From Narcine bancroftii (taxonomy: Eukaryota): 64,000 nt of DNA. Shown here piece after piece: positions 1-13,079 of the stretch (the stretch's first letter is position 1; every line of letters begins with the position of its first letter). The notes under the pieces were generated by a model. It saw only the letters and a list, made by a program, of their open reading frames with translations, had not been told where the DNA came from and made no database searches. Location: contig NC_091476.1 in NCBI RefSeq assembly GCF_036971445.1, forward strand, positions 47,616,001 to 47,680,000, read 5' to 3'. The position numbers and the translations under genes are program-made.

Positions 1-250
1 GCAAGGATGTTCTGCATAGGAGCCTCAAGAAAGCTGATGTTGCCCCATCAACATGGGAGGATCCGGCTCGCAGTGGTGGGACACCATCAGAAAAGGTGTG
101 AAAGCTGCTGAGAACAAGCTCAAAGAGGTAACAGAGGAAAGGCACAGGAAGCACCACAACAGAGCTTCTGCCCCTCCAGGACACACATATCAAACCCCAC
201 AAACTGACTGAAAGGCATCGTCATCATCCTAAGAATGGATAGCCAGAAGA
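1..250 (+). mobile_element. RTE-clade LINE, degenerate 3' end
   Basis: Translates with a frameshift to KDVLHRSLKKADVAPSTWED...WWDTIRKGVKAAE, typical of the RTE ORF C-terminus. Confidence 0.55.
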
Positions 251-929
251 ACCGCTTTGCGCTAACTGCTACGCTAAGCATGCTGCCCGTAAATGTGGCA
301 CGACTAATCTTTTAAAGAGCTGTACATAACATCCCAACACATAGTCAACTGTTTCCAACTATTGTCACATAGATGGGAAAGATTTTAAGTTTTTATTTCC
401 TCTCTTTAAAGGTAACCCCACTGTGACTTTCTCATCCCTCCTGGAACCCTAATACAGTGCAACCCCATCATAAATGTCACTGCATTGTAACTACCGGCAA
501 CGTTTGGGCTTCTGGAATACAGTGCTGAGCTAATATATTGAAATGGTATCAAACAGCTGACACCAACACCAGATGGGGAGATAGGGAGAGAGCAGGGAAT
601 CTTGTTCGCTCAAAGCACACACGAGAGCAGATTGCAAAAACCTTCCATGCTAGATCAAAGGGGAATTTGCAACCACAATTGTTAATGTGTAATGAAGTTT
701 TAAAGATAAGGCCTCCCAGCTACGGAGGACTGTAGTCAGGGAAATTAACTGGGTCAGTCACTAGAAGTCAACCCTTATTAGTTTACACGTCTCAACCTGG
801 GGTAAAGAGGAGTAGAGTACCTGATAAATCAAGGTTATTGCAGTATCGCAACCCCAAGGAAAGGCATTTCATTATAAAGAGATGTGTTTTGATTTATTGA
901 ACCCCTGGTCAGGACTTCTGAATAACTAA

Positions 930-1430
930 TGAACATTGAAAAGTACAGTGTAGGTACGGGCCCTTCAGTCCATTCTGTGTGCTGTGCCTGATGCCCAAAT
1001 TAAACAAAATCTCTTCTGTCTACACATGATGGATATCCCTCTATCTCATGAAGATTCACATCTTAATCTAGAAGCATTTTAAATGCTACCTTCATCTATG
1101 CTTCCACCACTTCCCCTGCAGTCCATTCCAGGCACCTATCATTCCATGAGTAAAACTTGCCCCATACATCTCCTTCATCCTTCCCCTCTCTCTCCAACTT
1201 AAACATGTCGACTAGTATGTGACATTTTATTTTACCATGGAAACAAATTATGACTGGCTTCTCATAATTTTATTAACTTTTCTTAGAGCTCCCCTCAGCC
1301 TCTGATGCTCAGAGAAAAAAGCCAAGTCTATCCAATCTCTCCTTATATCTCATACCCTCGAATCCAGGCAACATCCTGGTACATTTCTTCTGTACACATT
1401 CCGAAACCTCCACATCCTTTCTGTAATGGG
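930..1430 (-). mobile_element. CR1 LINE 3' fragment
   Basis: Reverse complement resembles the CR1 3' end (MLPGFE...RLDLFSLS...WNGL) and its gggcc...ctgtact tail. Same family as other CR1 copies in the window. Confidence 0.7.
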
Positions 1431-1619
1431 GTGATAATTCAAACACTCAAAATGCAAGGAAATATATCAGAGCTGAAGATCGGACACTGGGAAAGTAATT
1501 AAAGCTACAGCCCATCCTTAAAGAATATGCACCATGTTGAAAGATGCATAGGGAGCATTATGGGCCAAATGCAGGCAGGCAGGTCAAATAAATGTGGGAC
1601 GTTTTGATCAGCGTGGCCA

Positions 1620-2105
1620 AAGGAAGCTGAGGAGAGCAGGGCTACTAGCTCCATCTTGACAACTATTTACAGGAGTACAACTGAATTCTGTCTGGCTGCA
1701 TCATTCTGTGGTACGATAATTGCTAATCCTCAGACCGGATGTCAATACAGACAGTTCTCAAAAAAGCCGGGGTCTCCCTTTCCACTGCTTCAATAGGGCT
1801 CAAAGAACTATAAAAGATCTGTTCCAACCAGCACACAGCATCTTTGACCCATTACCATCAAGGAGGTGGTACAGGATGAGTATCAAAATCTGGACTGCCA
1901 GGCTGGGAAATGACATCTTCCCACAGGCTGTGAGATTGAGTAAATTATCTCAAAATATTTAAATATATTTACTTATATGTTTTCTTTGTATATATTTGTG
2001 ATCACCATGTGCATTATGAGTCTATGTGTGTGCATTATGAGACTATGAAGTGCTATTTTGTCAGGTTGTACATGTGCAGTACACGATGATAAACCTGAAC
2101 TTGAC
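1620..2105 (+). mobile_element. Rex1/Babar LINE 3' fragment
   Basis: IKDLFQPAHSIFDPLPSRRWYR...RLGNDIFPQAVRL matches the Rex1/Babar C-terminus. Ends in an aaacctgaacttgac tail. Confidence 0.7.
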
Positions 2106-2305
2106 TGACTGACTCTATGACATACTGCTGGCTATTCATCCATAACAGCTACAGCACTCATGTTTGCAGCTTCCCCTCTTAATGACACATTTTTTAAAAT
2201 ATGTAAATATTTAAAATAAATAAATGAACTGCTAAAACAGCTTCATATGACTCTACTATTTATTAATTATCTTTATTTTAATATAAGTAGCTAAGTCATG
2301 TATAT

Positions 2306-2734
2306 CTTTGGCTTGGCTTCGCGGACGAAGATTTATGGAGGGGGTAAAAAGTCCACGTCAGCTGCAGGCTCGTTTGTGGCTGACAAGTCCGATGCGGGAC
2401 AGGCAGACACGATTGCAGCGGTTGCAGGGGAAAATTGGTGGGTTGGGGTTGGGTGTTGGGTTTTTCCTCCTTTATCTTTTGTCAGTGAGGTAGGCTCTGC
2501 GGTCTTCTTCAAAGGAGGTTGCTGCCCGCCAAACTGTGAGGCGCCAAGATGCACGGTTTGAGGCGATATCAGCCCACTGGTGGTGGTCAATGTGGCAGGC
2601 ACCAAGAGATTTCTTTAGGCAGTCCTTGTACCTTTTCTTTGGTGCACCTCTGTCACGGTGGCCAGTGGAGAGCTCGCCATATAACACGATCTTGGGAAGG
2701 CGATGGTCCTCCATTCTGGAGACGTGACCCATCC
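2306..2734 (-). mobile_element. RTE (BovB-like) LINE, 5'-truncated, young insertion
   Basis: ORF GHVSRMEDHRLPKIVLYGELSTGHRDRGAPKKRYKDCLK followed by a C2H2-like CNRVCLSRIGLVSHKRAC. Perfect 12-bp TSD AGTCATGTATAT at 2294-2305 and 2735-2746. Confidence 0.9.
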
Positions 2735-3039
2735 AGTCATGTATATAGGTTCTGTGTATCTGTGTAAAGTTTGTCTGTACGTATGCTCTTTACGTCTGTA
2801 CATGTGTTTACATTGTTTTTGCATTGTGGACCAGAGAGCGCTGCTTTGTTGGGTTGTATTGTTGCAATCTGTTGATAAACAAACTTGAACTTGAACTTAT
2901 TAGCCACCAGCCCCATCCCTTCTCTTCAACACACCCTATGATTTATTTTCAGACATCTAGCAAGCCAGTGGCTAAGAAACTGGAGACCAGTGAACATTGA
3001 CAGTCTACTTAACATTTACTGGTGTCACTGAGAAGCACC

Positions 3040-3510
3040 AGTTCATCAAATAAAACAAAAATGTATTATTACATGAAATTGCCTTTAGTTCTGCCATAAG
3101 GCAAACAAAAAAAACCCAAATCACCATTAGCACTGCTCGGCGCCACTTACTGTCAGAGATGGAGAAGCAAAAGAGTCCCCTCGGCGCCACCAAATACCCG
3201 TGGATTCAACTCCAGCGCTCCCGCGGCCTCTGTAGCCACACAAGACTCCAGTTCAGTTCAAACCATTGGCCACTCGAGTTCAGATCCAAATCTCCGACAC
3301 GATGAGGAAGCCTTCATTGCCCATGGCCCTTCAGGAGCCTTCCTTGCCCTCAGCACCCTCTCAAATCCTGGTTCCGATACCGGGTTCTCATGACCCAGTC
3401 TCCCGCAGCCTGTTGCGAGTCCCTCTGACTTCAGGTCGCCAAGTTGCATATGTTTGTATTTCAGCTGCAGAACTTCTCCCTGATCCACCATCCTCATCAC
3501 CATCCTTGGG
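3040..3510 (-). repeat. Non-coding interspersed repeat, family X, copy 1
   Basis: Shares the blocks ggtatcggaac..gagggtgc..gaagg..tttggatctg..ctggag.tgaatcca..gggactct..atggcaga..aaggcaattt with 38450-38995 and 47420-47855. Confidence 0.65.
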
Positions 3511-4084
3511 GTCGTCTTCTCTAGGGGGCTGGGGGGAGGGGAGAGGTATCCTTTAAACTTTCACCCTCACGAACGTATTTGACATTTTTACCCTAGGAGA
3601 AAGATTCTGACTGTCTACCCTATCTAATCATCTCATAATTTGTTGATTATTTTGAAGGAAGAACATTAATTGATATTTTCACATGTAGGGGATATTTCTA
3701 GTGATTTCTCTTGTTCTCTGCACCCTTTTATCCTTCCTGCTCCAGTAGTCTCCATGATGAAAATTTAACTGCTTCTCTCTCCACAGTTGCTGCATGACCT
3801 GTTGAGTAGGTTTCCACTTTTGTCTATTTTTATTTCAGATCTTCAGCATCTGCACTTCATCAATTTTAGAACAGCTTGAAGAATGGAGACCTTTATCACC
3901 ATTTGCCTCTCTTCTCGTCTTCCCTTCAGTTTTATCCTTTCATCATCAAGGGTTAGCTATTACAGCGACAGTGATCCCAGGTTCCAAAGATGTATGGGGT
4001 TGGTAGGCTAATTGGTCACGTATTTTGACAGCACGGGCTCATTGGCCAGAAGGGCCCATATCCATGTTGATATTATTTTCTTTT

Positions 4085-5690
4085 TAAATATATTTTTATT
4101 GATGTTTACATTATGCACAATTGAACAGTGCAGTTATATATTGTACTGTCTACTTTAAGAGAAGTAAAGAAAAACAAATAAAAACCCTATAATTCAGAAC
4201 CCCTACCATTATGCAAGGTCAAAAGCTAACATGCAGGGGGAAATCAAGGGACAGCACAGCACCAATGCTTCATAACAACTCGAATTCTTTAGGTTATGAT
4301 AATAGTCCATAAATGTGCCCCACAACTTCTGCAAAGTTAATATTTGATTCTTTAATGGCAGATTAAATTTGTTCTGAACTTAAACTATCACTTAACCATT
4401 GTGTGTGTGCAGGTGAAGTATTGTCTTTCGATTTAATCAGAATTGCATGTCTGGCCAATGAAGTAAAAGATAAAATTTGGTTTTGAGTTGGAGTCAGTGA
4501 AACATCATCATCTTGAAATGATCTGAATAGATCAGTGGTTCTCAACCTTTTTCTTTCCACTCACATACCAAATTTAAGTATTCCCTATGCTCTGTGATTA
4601 GTCAGGGATTAGTTAAGGTGGTATGTAGGTGGAAAGAAGTTTGAAAACCATTGTTTTAATCGTACCTAATTGACTCGTTATGTGCACGGTTTCAAAACTC
4701 CAAAGGAAATGAGCCAATGACAATTTTTCTCAAGCAAATTATTTCAGTAACAATTTGGTCTAGAGCAGTGATTCTCAACCCTCCTTTCCCACTCACATAC
4801 CACCTTAAGCAATCCCTTACTAATCACAGAGCACCTATGTGAATGGAAAGAAAATGGTTGAGAACCACAGGAATAGAGTAATTCAAGGGCAAGGTTCTAA
4901 TTTGAATTTGAGAATTACTGATAACGTTTCCAGAATTTTTCTGAACTAGGGCAAGTCCAGACCATGTGAACCAAAGAAGCATCACCAATTTTACATTTGT
5001 CACAGAGGATTTATATCTGAATGAATACGAGACAATTTAACTTTAGACATATGTGCTCTGTGGACCACTTTAAATTGCCACAAACAGTGTCTTGCACAAA
5101 AGGAGGCTGTATTAATCAGATTACAAATAGAGTCCCAAACCTCATCTGAGAATGAAAGATTTAAATCCTGATCCTAATCAAGCTGATCTCTAAATTGAAA
5201 ATATATTTAAGATAAGAAGTTATATTTCTATAACTTCCTTTCACAATCCCAGTTTATCAAAAATTATTTTACGGGTGGTGAGTTTGCAGTGTAGTTACTG
5301 TTTTACTGCAAGAACTTGACAGATAATTTGCTCATCTGTTTCCTTGGATAAGTTCAACTTTGAAGAACAAATGCAGGCCAAAGCAACCCATTTAATTTGT
5401 ATGCAACTATCACCCTATATTAGGTTGGTATAAAGGGACTTGAGGTCATGAACATCATAAGTGTAGAAATGACAAAGCATGCAATTTGTTCTCTACAAGT
5501 CCACAGTTGCAGGGTGCCACCTTCTACAAAATATATTATTGTGAATTCTCCTCCCAATATCACCTCTCAACCCCACACTCTACCATCAGGAAGGACAAGG
5601 GAATATCACCACCCTACAGCTTCCTCTCCATTCTATATCATTTTGATATAGGCTGTTCCTCCATCAGGGTTAGGTAATGAGGAGATGTTG
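4085..5690 (-). mobile_element. L1-clade LINE ORF2 3' fragment with zf-RVT domain
   Basis: Minus strand reads QFKVVHRAHMSKVKLSRIHSD..LCDKCKIGDASLVHMVWTCP. An A-rich tail lies at about 4085. Interrupted by a MITE. Confidence 0.8.
4533..4870. mobile_element. Composite hAT-Charlie-type MITE: two hairpin units plus a 112-bp spacer
   Basis: Outer TIRs CAGTGGTTCTCAACC / GGTTGAGAACCACAG. 8-bp TSD GAATAGAT/GAATAGAG. Inner TIRs at about 4640-4653 and 4766-4780. Confidence 0.85.
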
Positions 5691-5839
5691 AATGGCATAG
5701 GACAAAATGAGAGGGAATATTATAGAAACAAAATTATGATACAGGTAGACAATACAGAGGTAGGGAACTGAGGCCACTCACAAATTGGAGGAACAGCACG
5801 CTATATTCTGTCTTAGCAGTCTCTAAACAAATGTCATTA

Positions 5840-6174
5840 AATTGACTTCTCCAATGTCCATTAGACTCTTCCCCATATCTCTTTTCCCCATCTCCTATCA
5901 GAGAACTACCCCTTTTTTGTCCTTCTGCCCTATTAGCCCTTTTCTCATCAACCCTCCCACTGGTATCCACATTACCTCTTATCTGTTGGCTTGTGCTGCT
6001 CCCCCTTCCCCTCTCCTCTCTTTTCCTCCTCCTCACTCTCCCACACATTTTTATTCAGGTGTCTGCTGTGCTGATTCTTATTCCTGATGAAGGACCCAGG
6101 TCCAAAACTTTGGTTACCCTTTGCTTCCTATGGATGTTGCATGACCTGCTGAGTTTCTCCAGAACATTTGTGTA
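5840..6174 (+). mobile_element. Penelope-like element non-coding tail
   Basis: Pyrimidine-rich body, then cctgatgaagg...aaaac and tgacctgctgagtttctccag. The same tail adjoins the GIY-YIG fragment at 55880-56360. Confidence 0.65.
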
Positions 6175-6918
6175 CAGCTACTCCCCGACATACGTCCATT
6201 TCAAGATATGATCGGTCAGCCAGAATAGAACACGGATGTATGTCACAATCACCCTGTATTACTGTTATAGTTTGCCAAATACAACATGGCGGCCACCAGC
6301 CAGCTCTCGTGAGAGGCATTATTTTCCATAGGTAGGTCCAATTTTCTCAAAAGGGCATAAATTTTATATTTTTTCTTACATTTCAGAGTACTTTGATGGA
6401 CCCAATGTCGTTTTTTTAAAAAAAGGTGATTTGGATTGCTTGAGCAGATTACCGTCACTGGGGAGGGAGATTGAAGAGAAAGAGAGAACGTCGGCAATCT
6501 GCACATGTGTTTCCGCTGTGCCTAGTTACCCAGCACCTCATCGGGCTCCCAGCAGGAGCAGGGCCGTCGGGTCCCTGTAAGGAGCAGGGACGTCGGGTCC
6601 CTGTAAGGAGCAGGGACGTCGGGTCCCTGTAAGGAGCAGGGACGTCGGGTCCCTGTAAGGAGCAGGGCCGTCGGGTCCCTGTAAGGAGCAGGGATGTCGG
6701 GTCCCTGTAAGGAGCAGGGACGTCGGGTCCCCGGCAGGGACAAGGATGTCTGGCTCCCTGGCAGGGACAAGGACGTCTGGCTCCCTGGCAGGGACAAGGA
6801 CGTCTGGCTCCCTGGCAGGGACAAGGGTGGATAGTACCTGTACAGTATTTTTTAAAAAATTTTGGTAGTATGTATGGATGGATGCAAGTCACAAAAGTCG
6901 TAAGTCAGGGAGTACCTG
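6175..6918. mobile_element. Tc1/mariner (Tigger/pogo-like) non-autonomous DNA transposon
   Basis: TIRs CAGCTACTCCCCGACATACG and CGTAAGTCAGGGAGTACCTG match at 17/20. TA target duplication at 6173-6174 and 6919-6920. Confidence 0.8.
6545..6826. repeat. GC-rich minisatellite: about 7 x 26 bp, then 3-4 x 27 bp
   Basis: GTCCCTGTAAGGAGCAGGGACGTCGG at period 26 (6571, 6597 ... 6701), then GCTCCCTGGCAGGGACAAGGACGTCTG at period 27 (6753, 6780, 6807). Confidence 0.95.
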
Positions 6919-6939
6919 TATTGCACTGGACTGAACTTT

Positions 6940-9062
6940 TGGACATTTGCCGTAGAGAAGGTGACATTATCAGGTGGGCCAGAAGAATAGTACTGCCAGG
7001 AAATTGATCCATATCCATTGATTTTAACCAGGCAAACCTCGCCAGGGCTACCTAAATTCTATCTGTATGTGGAGTTTGCTATGAGAGGGGAGAACACATT
7101 GGAACACATTGAACACATCTCCGACGCGCTTCGGGCAGAGCCCTGACCCACCTTGGATACTCAGACCACATCTCTATAATGCTAATCCCAGCATACAGAC
7201 CACTCATCAGACCCTCCAGACCAGTTCAGAAGCAGGTTAAAACCTGGCCAGTGGGGGCCATTCATGCGCTCCAAGACTGCTTTGAGTGCACTGACTGGAA
7301 CATGTTCAAGGAAGCGGCAATTGATGGCGATTGCATTAATCTAGAGGAGTATACGGCATCAGTGACCAGCTACATCAGTAAGTTTTCTGACAATGTCACT
7401 GTGCCTAAGACCATGATAATTCACTCCAATCAGCACATATTGCCCAGGAACCATGATGCTGCCTTCAAGGCAGATGACAAGGTAGCCATAGCTATTGCAA
7501 GAGCCAAGCTGTCCAAGGTCATCAGGGAAGCAAAGCGAGCACATGCCCAGCACATTCATAGTCACTTCCTGGACAGCAAGGACACACAATGAATGTGGAA
7601 GGGCATCCAAGACATCACCAACCACAGGACTACACCATCTGCCTGTGCTGGTGGAGATGTGTGCTTCAGCTAGCAGAGGTTCTCACCAACATCTTTAACA
7701 TCTCCCTGAGAAGTGCCATGGTCCTAATGTGCTTCAAAGCCACCACCATTGTCCCCGTTCCAAAGAAGTCATCTGTGTTCTGCCTCAGTGACAACCACCC
7801 TGTCACACTCATGTCCATTGTCATGAAGTGCTTCATGAGGCTCATCATGGAGCATATCAAACTCCTGCTGCCCCATCACTGGACCCCCTGCATTCACATA
7901 CAGATCCAACTGCTCTATGATCGATGCCATCACCACCGCCCTCCATCTAGCCCTCACCCACCTGGGAATCAAGGACTCGTATGTTCGAATGCTGTTTATC
8001 GACTTCAGTTCAGTATTCAACACAATCATACCACATACCTGATGAGGAAGTTGAGTCTGCTGGGTCTAAACACCACCCTCTGCAATTGAATCCTCAACTT
8101 CCTATCGTGGAGACCTCGGAGTCTGGATTGGTAACAACACCTCCAAGACCATCACAATGAGCACGGGGAGCCCCCAGGTCTGCATGCTGTGTCCATTACT
8201 TTTCTTTCTGCTGACCCACGGCTGTGCAGCCAAACACAACTTGAACCACATCATCAAGTTTGCTGATGACAAACCCTGATGGGCCTGATCAATAAGAATG
8301 ACAAGCCAGCATCCAGTCGCTAACGGACTGGTACAGAGCCAACAACCTGTATCTGAATGTTAAAAAAAGAGATGTTTGTCAACTTCAGGAGGGGCCGGGA
8401 GAACCACACTCTACTGACCATTAATGGCTCCACCATTGAGGTCGTCAAGAATATCAAATTCCTTGGAGTTCACTTGGTGGAGAATCACACCTGGTCCCTT
8501 AACACCAGCCTCATAGCCAAGAAAGCCCAGCAACACCTCTACTTCCTGTGAAGGCTGGGGAAAGTTCATCTCCCACCCTCCATTCTACAGAGGAGGTATC
8601 GAGAGCATCCTGTGCAACTACATCATCTCCTGGTTTGGTAGCTGTACCACCTCAGACTGCAAGATCTTGCAGCAAATAGTGAAGTCAATGGAAAAGATCA
8701 TTGGGGGCTCTCTTCCTACCATGAAGGATGTCTACAGGGCAATAAACATTGTGAAGGTCTCCTCACACCCCTCATGTAAACTGTTCTCCCTTCTGCCATC
8801 TGGTAGGAGGTACCATAACACTTGGGCCCTTATGTCCAGATTAGACAACAGTTTTTCCCCAAGCCATCAGACTCCTGAATTTCCAGAACATATGTGGATA
8901 TGGTACCGTGGACTGTTACTGTATATGTCCTAGTATTTCAATGTTTTTAACTTCTATTCTAACATATTTAGGTAAATATACTCCATGGTCCTGGAGAAAC
9001 GCTATCTCATCTTTACTGTGTAAGCATGGTAAAAACGATAAATAAAGGTGACTTGACTTGAT
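6940..9062 (+). mobile_element. Rex1/Babar LINE, decayed (APE C-terminus, RT, 3' tail)
   Basis: [67 protein letters not shown], with many frameshifts. Tail aataaaggtgacttgacttga. Confidence 0.92.
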
Positions 9063-10814
9063 TATAGTCTTCAAATGGTTATCGATTTCTTTTTCAAGTG
9101 ATGTGGCAATACAACATTTATTTCCCATCCTGAATAGGTTTAGAAGTGAGAAGTATTTAGAAAACATTCAGGCAAGGAATGCACGTTGATTACCCAAAGG
9201 ACAATATTCAACAAAACAGTATTTTCTGGCCATTTTGCACTGAGGACCACATTATTAATTTGTGTGTTGCCACATTCTTTTGTGGGATTTGAATCCATGA
9301 TCTTTGGCACTCTTAGCTCAGGAATACAAACGCAAGGTATTCCACATGTAATATTTCCTCATCACTTCTTGCTAACTGCGGGGCTTGTTATTGAGCTTGC
9401 TATTGTAAGAAAGTGGGCGAAAATGATTTACTTCAGCAAAAACATTCATGTCACAGTTGCTTTGAAAATTCAACCCTGTGGAACTTGTTCCATCCCACAC
9501 GTATCTGAACCTGTCATGATGAAGAGCATATGCTCTGCATATTAAAAATGTGCTATATTGTTTCACCCTCCTGCTTCAGAACTAAAAATTTAATGCTGCT
9601 CACATCCAGCCCTACAATAACACATTCATTCCTATTCATCATTAAAAGTTGCCCTTCCAATTTTGAATGAAGAAATTAGCTCTTCCAAATCACTTGTCTT
9701 ACAAGGCAAAGGAATTGTCTAATGTACAATGCTGGAGTGAAAGACTTAGCTAAAGTGCTTGCAAGTAATTAATCAATATAATGAGAAAATGTGCACTATA
9801 AAATGAAGAATTCATATTTTATTCTGATAGATTAATTAATCTTTACTGCATATTTTCTCACTTGCATTAATGACAACACAAAGAATTTCATTTGCTTTAA
9901 AATTACCACCACTGTTTGGATGTCTTCCATTATCTCTTAGACAGATCCGGAAATTAGATATGAATAAAGTATTAATGGAAGTTATTGTAATACAAATTAC
10001 TCTTAAATGCTTTCTGATTGCACTTATCTCTGATCAGAAATACCAATACATATTAAGTAATGAACCATCTCCTGATCCATCCTCCAAAGAGAGTTGACGA
10101 TGGTCAAACTGAAACATGGCAATTTTTGATGCTATTCTGATAATATCAGAACACACATGTGATAGTATTCATTGTAAAACCTGTTGTTGGTCATTAGAGA
10201 GGTTGACCTGACTTATGAAAGATGATGAGGAATATATTCAGATGGCTTCCCTGAGCAAGGAAACCTTTTCCAGTTTCCATGTGCTGTGCTGGAATAAAAT
10301 CAATTATATTCCATTTAGAACACTATTTGGAGGAGGCACTGGGAGTGCAAAGTCATGGCATGTATTCTGGATGGGACAATGTCCATCACCATGAATGAGC
10401 TGGTGGCATCACAACTCAGCTGGCTAATTGCTAAGGGGCGTTGCTTCTAGATCAGGTGGTGAGGGGATGTACAAGAGAAAAACTGGCATGCCCTCATCCG
10501 CACCAATCCAGTCGCTATAGGTGAATCTGCCCATGGCATTATCACCAGGATGACTGCCGCAAAGTTTCGGTGGAGACGGAATCCTGCCTTCGCAATGAAA
10601 GTACATCTCATTGTTCTGTGTGCCACTGTCACCATGCTGAATGGGAAAGACTGTGGATGGAGCCAGAAACTCAGGAGTGGGCATCGGTGAAACCATCAAG
10701 AGTAGCAGGATTGTATTCAACATAATCTACAACCTCAAGGCCTGGCATTCCCCCGCATTGCCATCAGCGGCAGAACAGGGTATCAACCCTGGTTCAATGA
10801 AGAGTCCAGAAGGG

Positions 10815-13075
10815 CATAGAACGATAAAACATTGCAGCACAGAGTCTGTGTTCTGCTATCAGTCTACCTAGTCCCACTGACCAGAATCCATTGCATATCC
10901 CTCCAATCCATGTATCTGTTCAAAATGTTCTTAAATGTTAAAATGTATCTGCATTCACGACTTCAACTGACAGCTCGCTTCACACTTCCTCTGTGTGAAG
11001 AAATTTCCCCTTATATTCCCCCAAACCTCTCCCTTTTCATCCTTAACCCATATACTCTAGTTTCTACCTCATAGAACCTCAGTGAAAAAATGCCTGCACT
11101 TGCATTTAGTCTACCCATTCCCTTCATAATTTTGTACACTGTACCTCTATCAACTCTCCCCTCATTATTCTTCGCTCCATGAAATAAAGTCCTAACCTGT
11201 TTAACTTTTCCTGTAACTCAGTTCCTGAAGTTTTGACAACATCCTAGTAAAGCTTCTCTGCATTCTTTCTATCTTATTGACATCTTTCCTGTCATTAGGT
11301 TAACAAAACTCCCCATAATACTCCAAATTTGTGGCCTCACCAATGCCTTATGCAAGTTTACCATAATAGTGCAACTCCTACACTCATTACTTTGATTTAT
11401 GAAGGGCAATGTGCCAAAAATTCTCTTTACAACCCTATCTACCTATGTCACCACTTTCAGGGAATTATGTACCTGATTTCACAGATCTCTCTATTCCACC
11501 ACACTCCTCAGTGCCCCATCATTTACCATATTTGTCCTTTCTTGGTTGGTCCTTCCAAAATGCAACACCTCACACTTATCAGCATTAAATCATTTTGCAG
11601 CCCATTTTTCCAGTTGGTCCAAATCCCTCTGCAAGCCTTGAAAGCAAACACACTGATCTAATTTTCCACATTATCATCTAGATAAATGATTATCGATGAC
11701 AAATAACAATGGAACCAGCACTGATTCATGAATCACACTACTAGTCTCCAGTCAGAGAAACAATCATCCATTACTATTTCAGGATGCTCCCATAAAGGCA
11801 ATGACAAGTTCAGTTTACTACCTCACCATGAATACCAAGAGACTGAAACTTCCTGACAAACCTTTCTTGTCAAAGATCTTATTAAAATCCATGTAAACAA
11901 CATCCGCAGCTTTTCCTTCATCAACATTCCTGGTCATAAAACTCTATAAAATTTGTTCAACACAGCCTACCATGCCCAAAGTCATGTTGACTATCCCAAA
12001 TCAGTCCCTGACTCTCCAAGTATTTGTGTATCTAATATCTTAGAGCACCTTCCATTAACCTGCTTACAATTGATATCAGGCCACCAGCCTTTAATTTCAT
12101 GTGTTATGATTGGATTTTATTTAAACAACAGAACAATGTGAGCCACATCCAATCCTCCAGTACCTCACCTATGGCTGAGGACATTTTAAATATATGTGCT
12201 AGGTCTCTGCATAAACCTCCCTCAAAGTCCAAGGGAATACTGTATCAGGCCCTCGAGATTTATCCACCCTTATTCAATTCAAGACAGTAAGCACCTCCTC
12301 CTCTTTAATCCAGATGGGTTCCACAACCTTCGTATTTGTTTGCCACACTTCCCCAGATTCTGTGTCAGTTTCCTGATTAAACACAAATGCAGAAAGCGCA
12401 ACTTTATTAATTTGTTTTACCTTTTCCATTCCTCCGTTCCACCACAGAGCCTGAGCAGATGAGCCCTCTACTCTGTCCTGTCTGTGCTGAGCTGCAATAT
12501 TTTCTCTGATGAGCACAGCCACTCCTCGCCCTTTCATCCCTCTCACTCTATTGCATCGGAAATACTGGAACCCCGCAACATCGAACTGTCCCTCCTGCAA
12601 CCAAGTTTTACTAAAGGTGACAATGTCATAATTCCATGTGCCAACGCACACTTTAAGCTTGTCTACCTTTCCTGCAGTGTGCCTTGCATGGAAACATTTT
12701 TCCACCACTCACCATCCTTTGATTTCTGTCTTTATTTGCAATCTTAACATCCTTTTTCCTCCTCCACTCCACTATCTGCTCTGGCATTCTGGTTCCCATC
12801 CCCAGTAAATCTAGTTTAAGCTACCCAGAATAACAATAGCAAACATTCCCACAAGGTTATTTAAACCCTTCCAGTTCAGTGTAAATCATCCTACTGGTAC
12901 AGGTCCCCCCTTCCCTGGAAGAGAGCCCAATGATCCAGTCATCTGAAGCCCTTCCTCCTGCGCCATGTCTTTAGCCACAAGGTGCATTATCCACCTATTT
13001 CTAACCTCACTAGTATATCCATGGGTAGCAATCCTGAGATTACAATCCTGGAGGTCCTGTCCTTCAACTTCATGC
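10815..13075 (-). mobile_element. CR1 LINE, internally deleted (ORF1 esterase end, APE, RT, 3' tail)
   Basis: WNYDIVTFSKTWL..RCNRVRGMKGRGVAVLIRENI (APE). An SGNH-like ORF1 remnant lies at about 12.9 kb, with RT and 3' remnants at 11-12.3 kb. Confidence 0.8.
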
Positions 13076-13079
13076 AAGG

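Noticed and set aside
390-420. Polypyrimidine-AG|GT resembling a recursive splice site
   Set aside because: Both the AAG acceptor and the GTAACC donor are weak.
6545-6826. CRISPR-like array of palindromic repeats
   Set aside because: The units are directly tandem with no unique spacers, there are no cas genes, and the context is eukaryotic. It is a minisatellite.
6455-6892. 145-aa and 100-aa repetitive ORFs
   Set aside because: They are read-throughs of the minisatellite inside a MITE.
10595-10690. Signal-peptide-like short ORF MKVHLIVLCATVTMLNG..., overlapping a 99-aa minus-strand ORF
   Set aside because: Only 31 codons, a weak donor and no recognisable homology. Compatible with chance.
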